NCBI GenBank assembly: GCA_964451415.1
Contig: CAYVHU010000014.1
Location: forward strand, 6,521 to 70,520
Reading direction: 5' to 3'
Origin: an uncultured Magnetovibrio sp.
GTDB taxonomy: Bacteria > Pseudomonadota > Alphaproteobacteria > Rhodospirillales > Magnetovibrionaceae
DNA: 64,000 nt
In this document: piece by piece, positions 19,282 through 28,697 of the stretch
How positions within the stretch are numbered: position 1 is the stretch's first letter
How the letters are laid out: every line of letters begins with the position of its first letter
The notes under the pieces: model-generated
What the model was told of the DNA's origin: nothing
Database searches by the model: none
The model's input: only the letters and a program-made list of their open reading frames with translations
Translations under genes and position numbers: made by a program

Positions 19282-19486
19282 CGACCACCATATGACACTC
19301 TGATGCCGGGGGGCAGGGGCCGTCCACACCATCACCTCATCGAAGATGGTTTGCGGCGCGGGTCTCGGCTTTTCTGCAAGTGCGCGTTGATATATAATGG
19401 ATGGATGTGGATGCAATGCCAGTTCCTGGTAATAAATACAAATTCATGGTGAATAGTACCGACCATCTTGCAGGTATTCAGGTCGT

Positions 19487-20641
19487 TTGATGAGAATACT
19501 GATGGCCGACGCAAAGAATAGTGACTTTCGAGAGCTGATTTCGCCTTTTCTTCGTGGAAAAATTGCAGATTTGGAAGAAAAGTACGGCTCCGACAGCCTT
19601 GAGTTGCGAGCCATTACAAGACAGTACCTGCGCGATCCTTTGGAAAATATCATTCACTCCAGGGAACGACGTCGGCATTACGAATCCGAGGTTCATCTCA
19701 TGTTTGACGGCGAGCCCGTCGTTGGGGTTGAACGCTTGTACAGGCGAACCGTATTGATCGAACCCACTACGGTGTGTGCGGCGCATTGCCGATGGTGCTT
19801 GCGTGGTCAGTATCCCGTGAAAACCATGAGTAATGAACAAATTGTGCACGCGACACGCTACATTGGTTCCAACGATTTGCGCGACGATATTGATGAGGTG
19901 CTGATTACAGGTGGGGATCCGTTAATGTCACAGCCCATGCTGGCGTTGACGTTGAGTGAATTGCGCCGCAATGCGCCAAACGTGCGTACGGTACGTATCG
20001 GCAGCCGACTGATTTTTCAGGAACCGAAAAAAATAAATGCGGATATGATGGATATTTTTGGCCGGTATCCAGACTTCAAGTTCGAAGTTGGCGTGAACGT
20101 CAACCATCCCATCGAGTTTTGGCCGGAGTGTATCGATGCGGTTCATCGTCTGCAAGACGGGGGCTTTCGGATTTACAACCAGCATCCGCTTTTGCGTGGT
20201 GTAAACGATGATCTCGAAACCTTGATCGAATTGTACGATGCGATGCGCCACAATGGGATCGAAGCTCATTACCTGTTCCATGCCATACCCTTGCGTGGTA
20301 TGAGCCATCACCGCACGTCCTTGCGCCGCGGTGCGAAGTTGGCGGGACTGCTGTGTAGCAACGGCCACTTCTCGGGTCGGGTCAAACCGCGGTATGCGGT
20401 GTTGAGCGATATTGGCAAGATCGTAATATACGAAGGTACGATCGTTGATCGTTGCCGTTCCGACAATACGGTGCTGTTGCAGTCTGGGTATCGGTTGGAA
20501 GAGCGTCAACGCTGGGTGCCGTCGTGGCAGATGCCCGATAGCGTCGTGCTCGACAATGACGGCTACATGCGTACGCGCTACCAAGACGGAACCGACGAAG
20601 ATGAAACTGAGAGCGCCGTTCCCCTTTCATACAGCGCCTGA
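19487..20641 (+). CDS. KamA-family (lysine 2,3-aminomutase-like) radical SAM/PLP aminomutase
   Basis: 'LIEPTTVCAAHCRWCLRGQY' (KamA-type CxxxCxxC), 'EVLITGGDPLM', 'YNQHPLLRGVNDD' and 'HYLFHAIPLRG'. 384 aa. Confidence 0.8.
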   Translation: MMRILMADAKNSDFRELISPFLRGKIADLEEKYGSDSLELRAITRQYLRDPLENIIHSRERRRHYESEVHLMFDGEPVVGVERLYRRTVLIEPTTVCAAHCRWCLRGQYPVKTMSNEQIVHATRYIGSNDLRDDIDEVLITGGDPLMSQPMLALTLSELRRNAPNVRTVRIGSRLIFQEPKKINADMMDIFGRYPDFKFEVGVNVNHPIEFWPECIDAVHRLQDGGFRIYNQHPLLRGVNDDLETLIELYDAMRHNGIEAHYLFHAIPLRGMSHHRTSLRRGAKLAGLLCSNGHFSGRVKPRYAVLSDIGKIVIYEGTIVDRCRSDNTVLLQSGYRLEERQRWVPSWQMPDSVVLDNDGYMRTRYQDGTDEDETESAVPLSYSA

Positions 20642-20695
20642 TTCTTTGAAATAAACAGTTAAAAACAAAAACTCTCAGACAAGGAAACAACGGAT

Positions 20696-21694
20696 ATGGG
20701 CTCACTTGATGGCCGTAAGGTTCTTTTAACAGGTGGCACGGGTTCATTTGGCAAGGCCTTTGTGAAGAAGCTCTTGCAAGAGCACGACGTGAAAAGGTTG
20801 GTTGTGTATTCGCGCGATGAACTCAAGCAATTCGATATGGCACAGGATATTGACGCGCCGAACTTGCGTTATTTTATTGGCGACGTCAGGGATGGAAATC
20901 GTTTGGAACGGGCGTTTGACGGCATTGATACCGTCATCCACGCTGCTGCGTTGAAGCAGGTGGTCACGGCTGAGTACAATCCCATCGAATGCATCATGAC
21001 CAACATCCTGGGTGCTGAAAACGTAATTAACGCCGCGATCAACAAAGGGGTCAGGCATGTGATTGCCCTGTCTACGGACAAGGCTGTTAATCCGCTTAAT
21101 CTTTATGGTGCAACCAAGTTGTGTTCCGACAAACTTTTCGTTGCCGCCAACAACATGTCGGGCAAGAGTGGATGCAAGTTTTCGGTCGTGCGTTACGGCA
21201 ACGTTATCGCATCGCGCGGCAGTGTTGTGCCGGTGTTTCGCAAGCAAAAACAGACGGGAACGTTAACCATAACCGACCCGCGCATGACGCGTTTCTGGCT
21301 GACTTTGGAACAGGGTACAGATTTTGTCATCAAGTGTCTGCGGTTGATGCGTGGGGGAGAAGTTTTCATTCCAAAAATTCCGTCCATGCGTATTGCTGAT
21401 TTGGCGACGGCTATGGCGCCGCAGTGCAAGCAAAAAGTTATCGGCATTCGCCCCGGTGAGAAACTGCATGAAGTGTTAATCCCCGCCGATGAGGCGGGTT
21501 ACACGCTTGAATTCAAGGATTATTATATTATCAATCCCAGTATCCATATGTGGGAAGAAAATCGCACCCGGGTCTACGGTGGTGAAGACGGGCACGCGGT
21601 TTCCGAAAATTTTGAATATTCCAGTGACGCCAACACCCAGTGGATTAGCGGCCAGGAATTGGCCGATATGATTGAGGGTGAGGTTGAAACTTGA
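20696..21694 (+). CDS. pseB: UDP-N-acetylglucosamine 4,6-dehydratase (inverting), PseB/FlaA1 type
   Basis: 'KVLLTGGTGSFGKAFVKKLL', 'VIHAAALKQVVTAEYNPIECIMTNILGAENVINAAI', 'STDKAVNPLNLYGATKL' and 'VVRYGNVIASRGSVVP'. Confidence 0.88.
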   Translation: MGSLDGRKVLLTGGTGSFGKAFVKKLLQEHDVKRLVVYSRDELKQFDMAQDIDAPNLRYFIGDVRDGNRLERAFDGIDTVIHAAALKQVVTAEYNPIECIMTNILGAENVINAAINKGVRHVIALSTDKAVNPLNLYGATKLCSDKLFVAANNMSGKSGCKFSVVRYGNVIASRGSVVPVFRKQKQTGTLTITDPRMTRFWLTLEQGTDFVIKCLRLMRGGEVFIPKIPSMRIADLATAMAPQCKQKVIGIRPGEKLHEVLIPADEAGYTLEFKDYYIINPSIHMWEENRTRVYGGEDGHAVSENFEYSSDANTQWISGQELADMIEGEVET

Positions 21695-22890
21695 ACCCTC
21701 GTTTTTTGGGCTATGGTTCGCAGAGTCTTGATGAACGGGACATAGAGGCCGTCGTTGAGGTTCTGAAAAGCGATTTTTTGACGCAGGGACCGGCGGTTGC
21801 GCGTTTCGAAGCGGCATTGGCCGAACGCGTTGGCGCAAAATACGCGGTCGCGGTATCGAGTGGAACGGCGGCTCTGCACCTTGCGTGTCTGGCGTCGGGG
21901 ATGAAACCCGGCGATGTCGGCGTAACGTCGGCGTTGACGTTTGTCGCTTCGGCCAATGCGTTTCTCTATGCGCAGGGACGGGCGCTGCTGAGTGATATTG
22001 ATGCGCAAACCTTGTGCATGTCCAAAGATACCCTGGCCCGGGCTTTGACCGGAGAGTCGCCGTTGAAGGCCGTCACGCCCGTTCACTTTGCAGGATTGAG
22101 TGTAGGACTGTCCGCTATTCGCAAGCATGTTGGCAATGATGTTTCTATTATTGAAGATGCCTGTCACGCCCTGGGGGGGGACGATGAAGACGGCCTGCCT
22201 GTGGGGTGTTGCGCGCATTCCAATATGACCGTGTTTTCGTTTCATCCCGTCAAACCAATTACGACGGGCGAGGGCGGGGCAATCACGACCAACGACCCGT
22301 ATCTTCGCGATTTATTGCAACGGTTGCGTAGCCACGGTATCGAAAAAGAGCCTGAGCTGCTGCAATTGCGTGATCAGGGTGTTGATGAGGATTCCGGGGC
22401 CGTTTTTCCGTGGTACTACGAACAACAGATGCTGGGGTACAATTACCGCATGAGCGATATCCATGCCGCTCTGGGGCTGTCGCAGTTGGCGAAACTGGAC
22501 GGCTTTATCGCCCGTCGCCGCGAAATTGCCTTGTTTTACGACCGGAAGGTGTCCCGGCTTGCCCATGTGCGTGGCGTGCATAGCGCGCCGGAAATGCGCA
22601 AACGTTCCGGCCTGCACCTTTACGTTATTCGTTGTAATTACAAAGCCTTGGGCAAAACCCGTGAACGGGTCATGACGGAATTGAAGACACGCGGTATCGG
22701 CAGCCAGGTCCACTATATTCCGCTTTACCGCCAGCCTTTCCATATGAAGAGGGAAAAATGGTGTTCCGGGGACTTTCCCATATGCGAAGGCTACTACGCG
22801 GAGGCGCTCAGCATTCCTTTGTTTGCGTCCATGAGGGATGAGGATGTTGAGCGCGTAAGCCAGGCTCTTGATGAAGTCCTCACGTCTTGA
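21691..22890 (+). CDS. pseC: UDP-4-amino-4,6-dideoxy-N-acetyl-beta-L-altrosamine transaminase, PseC type
   Basis: 'YGSQSLDERDIEAVVEVLKSDFLTQGP', 'EDACHALGG' and 'FSFHPVKPITTGEGGAITTND'. Follows pseB with an overlapping junction. Confidence 0.82.
   Translation: MNPRFLGYGSQSLDERDIEAVVEVLKSDFLTQGPAVARFEAALAERVGAKYAVAVSSGTAALHLACLASGMKPGDVGVTSALTFVASANAFLYAQGRALLSDIDAQTLCMSKDTLARALTGESPLKAVTPVHFAGLSVGLSAIRKHVGNDVSIIEDACHALGGDDEDGLPVGCCAHSNMTVFSFHPVKPITTGEGGAITTNDPYLRDLLQRLRSHGIEKEPELLQLRDQGVDEDSGAVFPWYYEQQMLGYNYRMSDIHAALGLSQLAKLDGFIARRREIALFYDRKVSRLAHVRGVHSAPEMRKRSGLHLYVIRCNYKALGKTRERVMTELKTRGIGSQVHYIPLYRQPFHMKREKWCSGDFPICEGYYAEALSIPLFASMRDEDVERVSQALDEVLTS
22173..22180 (+). repeat. G8 homopolymer inside pseC (in frame)
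   Basis: gccctGGGGGGGGacgat encodes 'ALGGDD'. Confidence 0.9.
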
Positions 22891-22939
22891 ACAGTAAGTC
22901 CCATGTCGCCAAGCCGCTCTGTCAGGTGCAACAAATCCC

Positions 22940-24745
22940 ATGAATTTCATGCATGAAGCCCTCAATTATATTCGCGAGGAAGCGAAATTATTCGCGTTGT
23001 TCCTCGGCTTGTCGCTCTTTCTGGCTCTCAGCGAGGGCTTGAGCGTTTCCCTGCTCATTCCCATCCTCGGGGCAGGTGGTGGCGGGGATACATTGTCGTC
23101 ATTGCCGGTTATCGGGCATTTTTTCAGGCCTTTGATGCAAATGAACGTTTCGCAGCGCATTTTGACGGTATCGGTCTTGTTATCCGCAGTGCTTGTTGTC
23201 CGTGGAGGATTGCAGTATGCAACCCAAATCCTTAGTGCCACATTGCCCTTGCGGATTCAGCGCAGAATCATGACGCAGGTGTTCGATCTTTTGATGCATG
23301 TGCAGTTGAATTATTTGCATGGGAAAAAAATCGGTGAACTCAAAACCTTGATTCAGGAACATCCCGTTCGCGTGGCTACGGCTTTGAGGAGTATCGCGGA
23401 TATCGTTTCAAGCTTCATTTTAATTTTTATTTACATGCTGTTGATGATTGCCATTTCCTGGCAGATTACCATCGTGACGATAGGGTTTGTCGGGGTTCTG
23501 CTGCTGATTTTGCGCTGGATCAGTGCGCGGCGTCTTGTTTTTGCTGGAACCCAGTTGTCAAAGACCATGGACAGGATGCATGAGGTCTTTTTTGGGGCGA
23601 TTCAGGGGGTGAAGCTGGTGCGTCTGGCCAATGCCGAAACGCGGATGAGCGATGAGTTCACGACGGCTGTAAATAATTTTTACGCCGTGGATTTAAAGCG
23701 ATACCAGATCGGTGAATTGCAATCTCCACTGTTTATGACCCTGGCCGGGCTGTTTGTCTGTGCGATTTTGATATTCGGTGCCTTAACGCAAAGTGGTAGC
23801 GCTTGGGTAGTCTTGGCCTTGATGTTTATCATCAGCTTGTATCGGATGCTTGGTCCCGCCAGCCGGATCGTCACCGCGCAGGTGTCGATTCACGCCAACA
23901 AGGATTCGTTCCAAAGATTGAAAAGTTTGTTTGCCGAGGCGACGGCAATGCGCCAGAAAAACGGCACGATCCGGGCAAGCGGATTGAACACGGGCATTTG
24001 TTTTGAGGACGTTACCTTTTCGTATCCGGCAACGGATGTTCCCGCCGTCCGCAATCTTTCCTTGATTATACCAGTGGGTAAAATGGTTGCGTTGGTGGGG
24101 CCATCTGGCAGCGGCAAAAGTACCATAGTCGGATTGGTGGCGCGTTTGTTCGATCCTCAAAAAGGACGTATTATGATTGATGGCGAGGATCTCAAAGATC
24201 TTGAAATCGGATCCTGGCGCCGGCGCATCGGGACGGTGACGCAAGAAACCTTCCTGTTCAACGACACCATATACAATAACATTTCGTTCGGACGCGACGA
24301 TGTGCCTCTGTCCGAAGTGCGTATGGCGGCGAAGTGGGCGGCGGCCGACACTTTTATCGAAGTCCTTCCCGATGGGTATGAAACGCGGGTTGGTGAGCGT
24401 GGCGCACGCCTTTCAGGCGGCCAGGCCCAGCGCCTGGCTCTGGCGCGCGCCATTATCAACAATCCGGACTTTCTGATTCTGGATGAGGCCACCAGTCATC
24501 TGGATAGCCTGAATGAACAGGTGATTCAAAAAACAATACAAGCCATGCATGGCAAAAAAACAATCCTTGTTGTCGCGCATCGCCTATCAACCATCAGAAA
24601 TGCCGACATGATTGCCGTCGTGAAAAACGGCACTATCGTGGAAACGGGCGTACATGAGGACTTGATGCAAAAACCTAGTGTTTACAAACGTCTGTTCGAA
24701 ACCCAGAGTCTGGAACTGACCGATATCGACACGGCAACATCATGA
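22940..24745 (+). CDS. MsbA-like ABC exporter (fused permease + ATPase)
   Basis: Six-TM N-terminal half. 'LVGPSGSGKST' (Walker A), 'LSGGQAQRLALARA' (signature) and 'FLILDEATSHLD' (Walker B). Confidence 0.88.
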   Translation: MNFMHEALNYIREEAKLFALFLGLSLFLALSEGLSVSLLIPILGAGGGGDTLSSLPVIGHFFRPLMQMNVSQRILTVSVLLSAVLVVRGGLQYATQILSATLPLRIQRRIMTQVFDLLMHVQLNYLHGKKIGELKTLIQEHPVRVATALRSIADIVSSFILIFIYMLLMIAISWQITIVTIGFVGVLLLILRWISARRLVFAGTQLSKTMDRMHEVFFGAIQGVKLVRLANAETRMSDEFTTAVNNFYAVDLKRYQIGELQSPLFMTLAGLFVCAILIFGALTQSGSAWVVLALMFIISLYRMLGPASRIVTAQVSIHANKDSFQRLKSLFAEATAMRQKNGTIRASGLNTGICFEDVTFSYPATDVPAVRNLSLIIPVGKMVALVGPSGSGKSTIVGLVARLFDPQKGRIMIDGEDLKDLEIGSWRRRIGTVTQETFLFNDTIYNNISFGRDDVPLSEVRMAAKWAAADTFIEVLPDGYETRVGERGARLSGGQAQRLALARAIINNPDFLILDEATSHLDSLNEQVIQKTIQAMHGKKTILVVAHRLSTIRNADMIAVVKNGTIVETGVHEDLMQKPSVYKRLFETQSLELTDIDTATS

Positions 24746-25815
24746 CAAACGACTTCCCTCTTAACGTTTTGCTGGTTACCTTTCAAACGGGGTGCGCAAA
24801 TTCGATTGTTTTGATCGCCAAGGCGCTACGCCAGCGCGGCGCACGCATCCATGGCGTATGCGCGGGGGCTTGCGTTCGCGTGTTTGAAAGAGAAGCCGTT
24901 TCCCATCAGGTTCTGGACGTCAATGTGTCCGATGCGCAAATTGATGCGCTCCTCGATGCACAGGCGCCGGATCTGGTGATCACGGGTTCAAACGCCGCCA
25001 ATCGTTTTGAATTCAATTTTCGCCTAAGGGCGCGTCAGCGCGGCGTACAGGTGATAACGACCTTGGACTATTGGAGCGCCTACCAGGGACGTTTCCACGA
25101 TAACGAAACCGGTGTGACGTCGCTTCCGGATAAACTTCTGGTCACCGACGCGGTAATGCGCGATGAGTTGCGCAAGGCCGGTTTCAAGGATGCGCGGATC
25201 GAGATTGTCGGAAATCCGTATTTTGAACATTTGGCCCTTGAGGCGTCGGCGACAAGAAATCCGCGAATACGTGCGTACAAACGGATTTTGTTTACGTCCC
25301 AGCCAATCGCTGCTCTGTTTGGGACATCTTCGAAAAATCCTCGCTTTCTCGGCTACGAAGAAGGTGGCGTTTTTGACGCCCTGGTTGACGACCTCAAGGC
25401 CCGGCCCGAGTGCCGTCTATACGTCAAACCGCATCCCAGAGAAGATCTTACGGTGTGGAGGGGACGTTTGAAAAAAGCGAAAGCGGTAGAGAAACAGATT
25501 TTCTTCATTGGGGGGCGTGGTCGCTCCCTGGGCCTGTTGCAAGCGGCCGATGTCGTGGTTGGGATGACCAGCAATATGTTGCTGGAAGCACTCGTTGTCG
25601 GCACGGCGGCGGTATCGTTCCAACCCGACACGAACGGCAAATTTGAATTTTATGGGACTTCGTCGGGACTGGTACCGACGGCGCGCAAGATCGACAGGTT
25701 GCCCCCCTTGATTGATGAGGCCCTGACACGCAGCGCGACGACGGTACGCGAAAAGGTTGGTGTTTTATATAAAGGCGCCCTTGCGCGCTGCATTGACGTC
25801 ATAACGGCGAAATAA
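24742..25815 (+). CDS. hypothetical GT-B-like protein (candidate glycosyl/NulO transferase). Its 3' end is duplicated as a decayed remnant at 29969..30200.
   Basis: 'RILFTSQP...', 'LYVKPHPRED' and 'LLQAADVVVGMTSNMLLEALVVGTAAVSFQP' resemble the C-terminal half of GT-B transferases. 357 aa. Confidence 0.5.
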   Translation: MTNDFPLNVLLVTFQTGCANSIVLIAKALRQRGARIHGVCAGACVRVFEREAVSHQVLDVNVSDAQIDALLDAQAPDLVITGSNAANRFEFNFRLRARQRGVQVITTLDYWSAYQGRFHDNETGVTSLPDKLLVTDAVMRDELRKAGFKDARIEIVGNPYFEHLALEASATRNPRIRAYKRILFTSQPIAALFGTSSKNPRFLGYEEGGVFDALVDDLKARPECRLYVKPHPREDLTVWRGRLKKAKAVEKQIFFIGGRGRSLGLLQAADVVVGMTSNMLLEALVVGTAAVSFQPDTNGKFEFYGTSSGLVPTARKIDRLPPLIDEALTRSATTVREKVGVLYKGALARCIDVITAK

Positions 25816-25828
25816 CGAATAGCACGGG

Positions 25829-26620
25829 GTGAACGCGTTGAAAGTTGCAGCCATTATTGAAGCCCGCATGCGTTCTTCTCGCCTGCCGGGCAAGCTCATG
25901 TTGCCTATTGTGGAGAAGCCTGCTCTGGCGCATTTGTTCGAGCGGTTGAGGCGATGCAAAAAACTTGACGATATCATCCTTGCTACCACCGAAACGCCCT
26001 GCGACGTTGTGTTGGCGGATTTTGCGCAACGTCAGGACGTAAATTTCTTCCGTGGTAGCGAAAATGACGTCATGTCGCGGGTTTTATATGCTGCGCGTGA
26101 ATTTGATGTTGATGTCATCGTCGAGATCACCAGCGATTGCCCTTTGGTTGACACTGCCATGGTGGACGCGGCTATAGATCAGTTTTTTACTGGGAAACTG
26201 GAGTATTTATCCAACGTTATCAAGCGCACGTATCCGCGCGGTCTGGATGTCCAGATTTTCACACGCACGGCTCTTGAGCGGACGTTTGAGAGCACCGGCG
26301 ATCCGGTGGACCGGGAACATGTTTCGTTGTTTATTTACGAACACCCGGAAATTTTCAGACTGGGTCATTTCGGATGTGAAGGCACGCGGTTGGAGTGGCC
26401 AGAGCAAAGAATCACTCTGGACACGCCCGAGGATTATTTTGTGATCCGGTCCGTTTTTGAAAATCTTTATCCCGAAAATCCGGAATTCGGTTATGCGGAC
26501 ATCCATGGGTTTTTGCAAGAAAACCCTGATATTGCCGCGATAAACATGGAAATTGTCCAAAAGCGGGCGCGTGGTTACGATTTCACGCTCAAGGCCCGTC
26601 AGGCCTTGGGGTTGGAGTAG
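25829..26620 (+). CDS. SpsF-type cytidylyltransferase (CTP_transf_3 family; candidate CMP-pseudaminic acid synthetase), copy 1
   Basis: 'VAAIIEARMRSSRLPGKLMLPI', 'ITSDCPLVD' and 'TLDTPEDYFVIRSVFE'. Confidence 0.8.
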   Translation: MNALKVAAIIEARMRSSRLPGKLMLPIVEKPALAHLFERLRRCKKLDDIILATTETPCDVVLADFAQRQDVNFFRGSENDVMSRVLYAAREFDVDVIVEITSDCPLVDTAMVDAAIDQFFTGKLEYLSNVIKRTYPRGLDVQIFTRTALERTFESTGDPVDREHVSLFIYEHPEIFRLGHFGCEGTRLEWPEQRITLDTPEDYFVIRSVFENLYPENPEFGYADIHGFLQENPDIAAINMEIVQKRARGYDFTLKARQALGLE

Positions 26621-26639
26621 GTTGAGCGGGTATCATCGC

Positions 26640-26666
26640 CTGTAAGCGGATTGCCGGGGCTTACAG
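26640..26666 (+). other. stem-loop CTGTAAGC-N11-GCTTACAG just downstream of cytidylyltransferase copy 1 (conserved in copy 2)
   Basis: 8-bp perfect inverted repeat with no trailing T-run. The identical structure occurs at 31032..31058. Confidence 0.4.
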
Positions 26667-26917
26667 TTATGGCTGTCAGGAACATGGGGAACACGTCATG
26701 CGCTCTCGCCGATGAGGCCGAAGACGTTCAGTCAACGGCTGGAATGTATCGGCGTCAACGCCCGTCAGGGTGCGATATTGTCGTTTGGGAATAAGCCACT
26801 CGCTGTTACTTTAGCATCGGAAGGGCCTCCTGCGCCCTTCCTCCGTTGAATCACGGATCAGTTAACAAAGATTCACCAGACTTTTGCAACAGGTCTAATA
26901 ATTGGAAGTTTTTCGCT

Positions 26918-28069
26918 ATGATTAAGTACTGCACTCAATGCCTCTATCCCGAGACCAAACCGGATCTTCATATTGACGCCGAAGGCGTGTGTAGTGCCTG
27001 TCGCAGTTATGAAAAAAGAACAAAAATAAATTGGGAAGATCGTGCCCTGGATTTAGAGCGAATCCTTGAAAAATATCGGAATCGAGATGGTTCAAATTAT
27101 GATTGTATCGTTCCCGTAAGCGGTGGAAAAGATAGTACGTATCAAGTTCTAAAAGTTTTAGAATTCGGGTTAAACCCGCTGTGCGTAACAGGCACGACTT
27201 GTTCTTTATCTGAGATTGGGCGTCGAAATATAGAGAATTTAAAAAATCTCGGTGTGGACTATATCGAGGTCACGACCAATCCCATTGTACGAAGGAAAAT
27301 GAACCGTTTGTGCTTGCGCACGATCGGTGATATTTCCTGGCCGGAACACGTTAAAATCTTCACAATTCCCGTTCAGGTCGCTGTGAAATATAACGTTAAG
27401 CTCATCATCTGGGGGGAAAATCCTCAACATGAGTATGGCGGTCCTGCCGCTTCGCAACAAAGCAATGTGCTCGACCGGAATTGGTTGGAAGAGTTCGGTG
27501 GCCTTCTTGGTTTTCGCGTGACTGATTTTATCGATCAGGAAGGAATTGAAAAACGACACCTTATTCCTTTCACGTACCCGAGTGACAAGGAACTTCAGGC
27601 GGTGGGAGTAACGGGCCTGTTTCTCGGCTACTATGTTCCCTGGGATGGGTACACCAATGCCTTGTATGCGCAAGCCTACGGGTTCGAGACCTATCCAAAT
27701 GTCGTGGAAGGCTCTCTCGCAGACTATGAAAATTTAGATAATCACCATATGGGTATTCATGATTATTTTAAATATTTGAAGTTTGGCTTTGGTCGTGCGA
27801 GTGATATTGCATCCAACCATATTCGAAGGGGGCGTCTCCGTCGGGCAGATGCGCTCAATCTTATTAAACGACATGACGGTAAATTTCCGTGGACCTATCT
27901 TGGAAAACCTGTTGAGGACATCCTTTCGGAAATTTCGGTTCCCTTTGATGAATTCATTAAAATTTGCGATCAGTTTACGAACAAGAGATTGTTTGAATGC
28001 GATCATGACAACGTTTTGATCAAGGATAAGAACTTGAACTTGACCAAGACGAATGACGATAATTTGTAA
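26918..28069 (+). CDS. N-acetyl sugar amidotransferase (WbpG/PseA-like PP-loop ATP pyrophosphatase)
   Basis: N-terminal zinc-ribbon 'CTQCLYPETKPDL...GVCSACRSYE' and PP-loop 'CIVPVSGGKDSTYQ'. AT-rich gene. ATG 26918 chosen over the longer track start. Confidence 0.8.
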   Translation: MIKYCTQCLYPETKPDLHIDAEGVCSACRSYEKRTKINWEDRALDLERILEKYRNRDGSNYDCIVPVSGGKDSTYQVLKVLEFGLNPLCVTGTTCSLSEIGRRNIENLKNLGVDYIEVTTNPIVRRKMNRLCLRTIGDISWPEHVKIFTIPVQVAVKYNVKLIIWGENPQHEYGGPAASQQSNVLDRNWLEEFGGLLGFRVTDFIDQEGIEKRHLIPFTYPSDKELQAVGVTGLFLGYYVPWDGYTNALYAQAYGFETYPNVVEGSLADYENLDNHHMGIHDYFKYLKFGFGRASDIASNHIRRGRLRRADALNLIKRHDGKFPWTYLGKPVEDILSEISVPFDEFIKICDQFTNKRLFECDHDNVLIKDKNLNLTKTNDDNL

Positions 28070-28695
28070 TGCGTGTCGCCATCATAGATTATGGCCTTTG
28101 CAATTTAGGATCCGTATGCCGTGCCGTTGAAGTCAATGGCGGCTCGCCGTTCATAACGGCGGAGCCCAAGGAAGCGGTAACGGCCGACAAATTTATTTTG
28201 CCGGGCGTTGGTGCTTTTCCCGATGCGATGTCCAATCTTAATGCTTCTGGAATGAGCGAAGCCTTGCGCGAAATGGTGCTTGGTAAATCACGTCTCTTCC
28301 TTGGCGTGTGTCTTGGTATGCAACTTCTTGCGGACAGTTCGACGGAGGGGGGGCGAACTCCGGGTTTGGGTTGGGTGCCGGGGATCGTGAAAAAACTTGA
28401 ACCAGCAGAAGAAACACCTAAAAAAAGAGAGCGTGTGCCTCATGTCGGCTGGAATGAGGTTATTCCGAACGCCGCAAACCGATTATTTGCGAACATAGAC
28501 AAGGAAGCGGATTTTTATTTTGTTCACAGTTACCATTTCGATGTTTTATCGGAAGATCATGTTTTAGCGACAACGCCATATTGCAACGGTTTCGTGTCGG
28601 CGGTACAAAAAGACAATATTTTTGGGACGCAATTTCATCCCGAAAAAAGCCAAAAGAACGGTCTGAATTTGTTGGCTAATTTCCTTGCCCTTTAA
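28069..28695 (+). CDS. HisH-like glutamine amidotransferase subunit (glycan-locus paralog, WbuY-type)
   Basis: 'MRVAIIDYGLCNLGSVCRAV', 'ILPGVGAFPDAM', 'FLGVCLGMQLL' (catalytic Cys) and 'FGTQFHPEKS'. Confidence 0.85.
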   Translation: MRVAIIDYGLCNLGSVCRAVEVNGGSPFITAEPKEAVTADKFILPGVGAFPDAMSNLNASGMSEALREMVLGKSRLFLGVCLGMQLLADSSTEGGRTPGLGWVPGIVKKLEPAEETPKKRERVPHVGWNEVIPNAANRLFANIDKEADFYFVHSYHFDVLSEDHVLATTPYCNGFVSAVQKDNIFGTQFHPEKSQKNGLNLLANFLAL

Positions 28696-28697
28696 CA

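Larger units (their letters stand above)
25585..26680 (+). repeat. direct repeat copy 1 (about 1.1 kb): 3' end of the GT-B-like gene + SpsF-type cytidylyltransferase + about 60 bp downstream
   Basis: By-eye alignment to 29969..31072. Identity starts at 'gaagc(a/c)ctcgttgtcggcacggcgg' and ends at 'ttatggctgtcagg'. Confidence 0.85.

Noticed and set aside
19393-19398. A perfect TATAAT hexamer in the 19282..19486 intergenic region, as a promoter for the KamA-like gene.
   Set aside because: There is no acceptable -35 (TTGACA-like) at 16-18 nt spacing and no extended -10 TG. A single hexamer in an AT-rich spacer is not enough evidence.
26819-26841. A GC-rich hairpin GGAAGGGC-N7-GCCCTTCC upstream of the amidotransferase gene, as a rho-independent terminator.
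   Set aside because: It is not followed by a T-run, and it lies in a leader rather than after a gene. It could be structural or regulatory, but I cannot support a terminator call.
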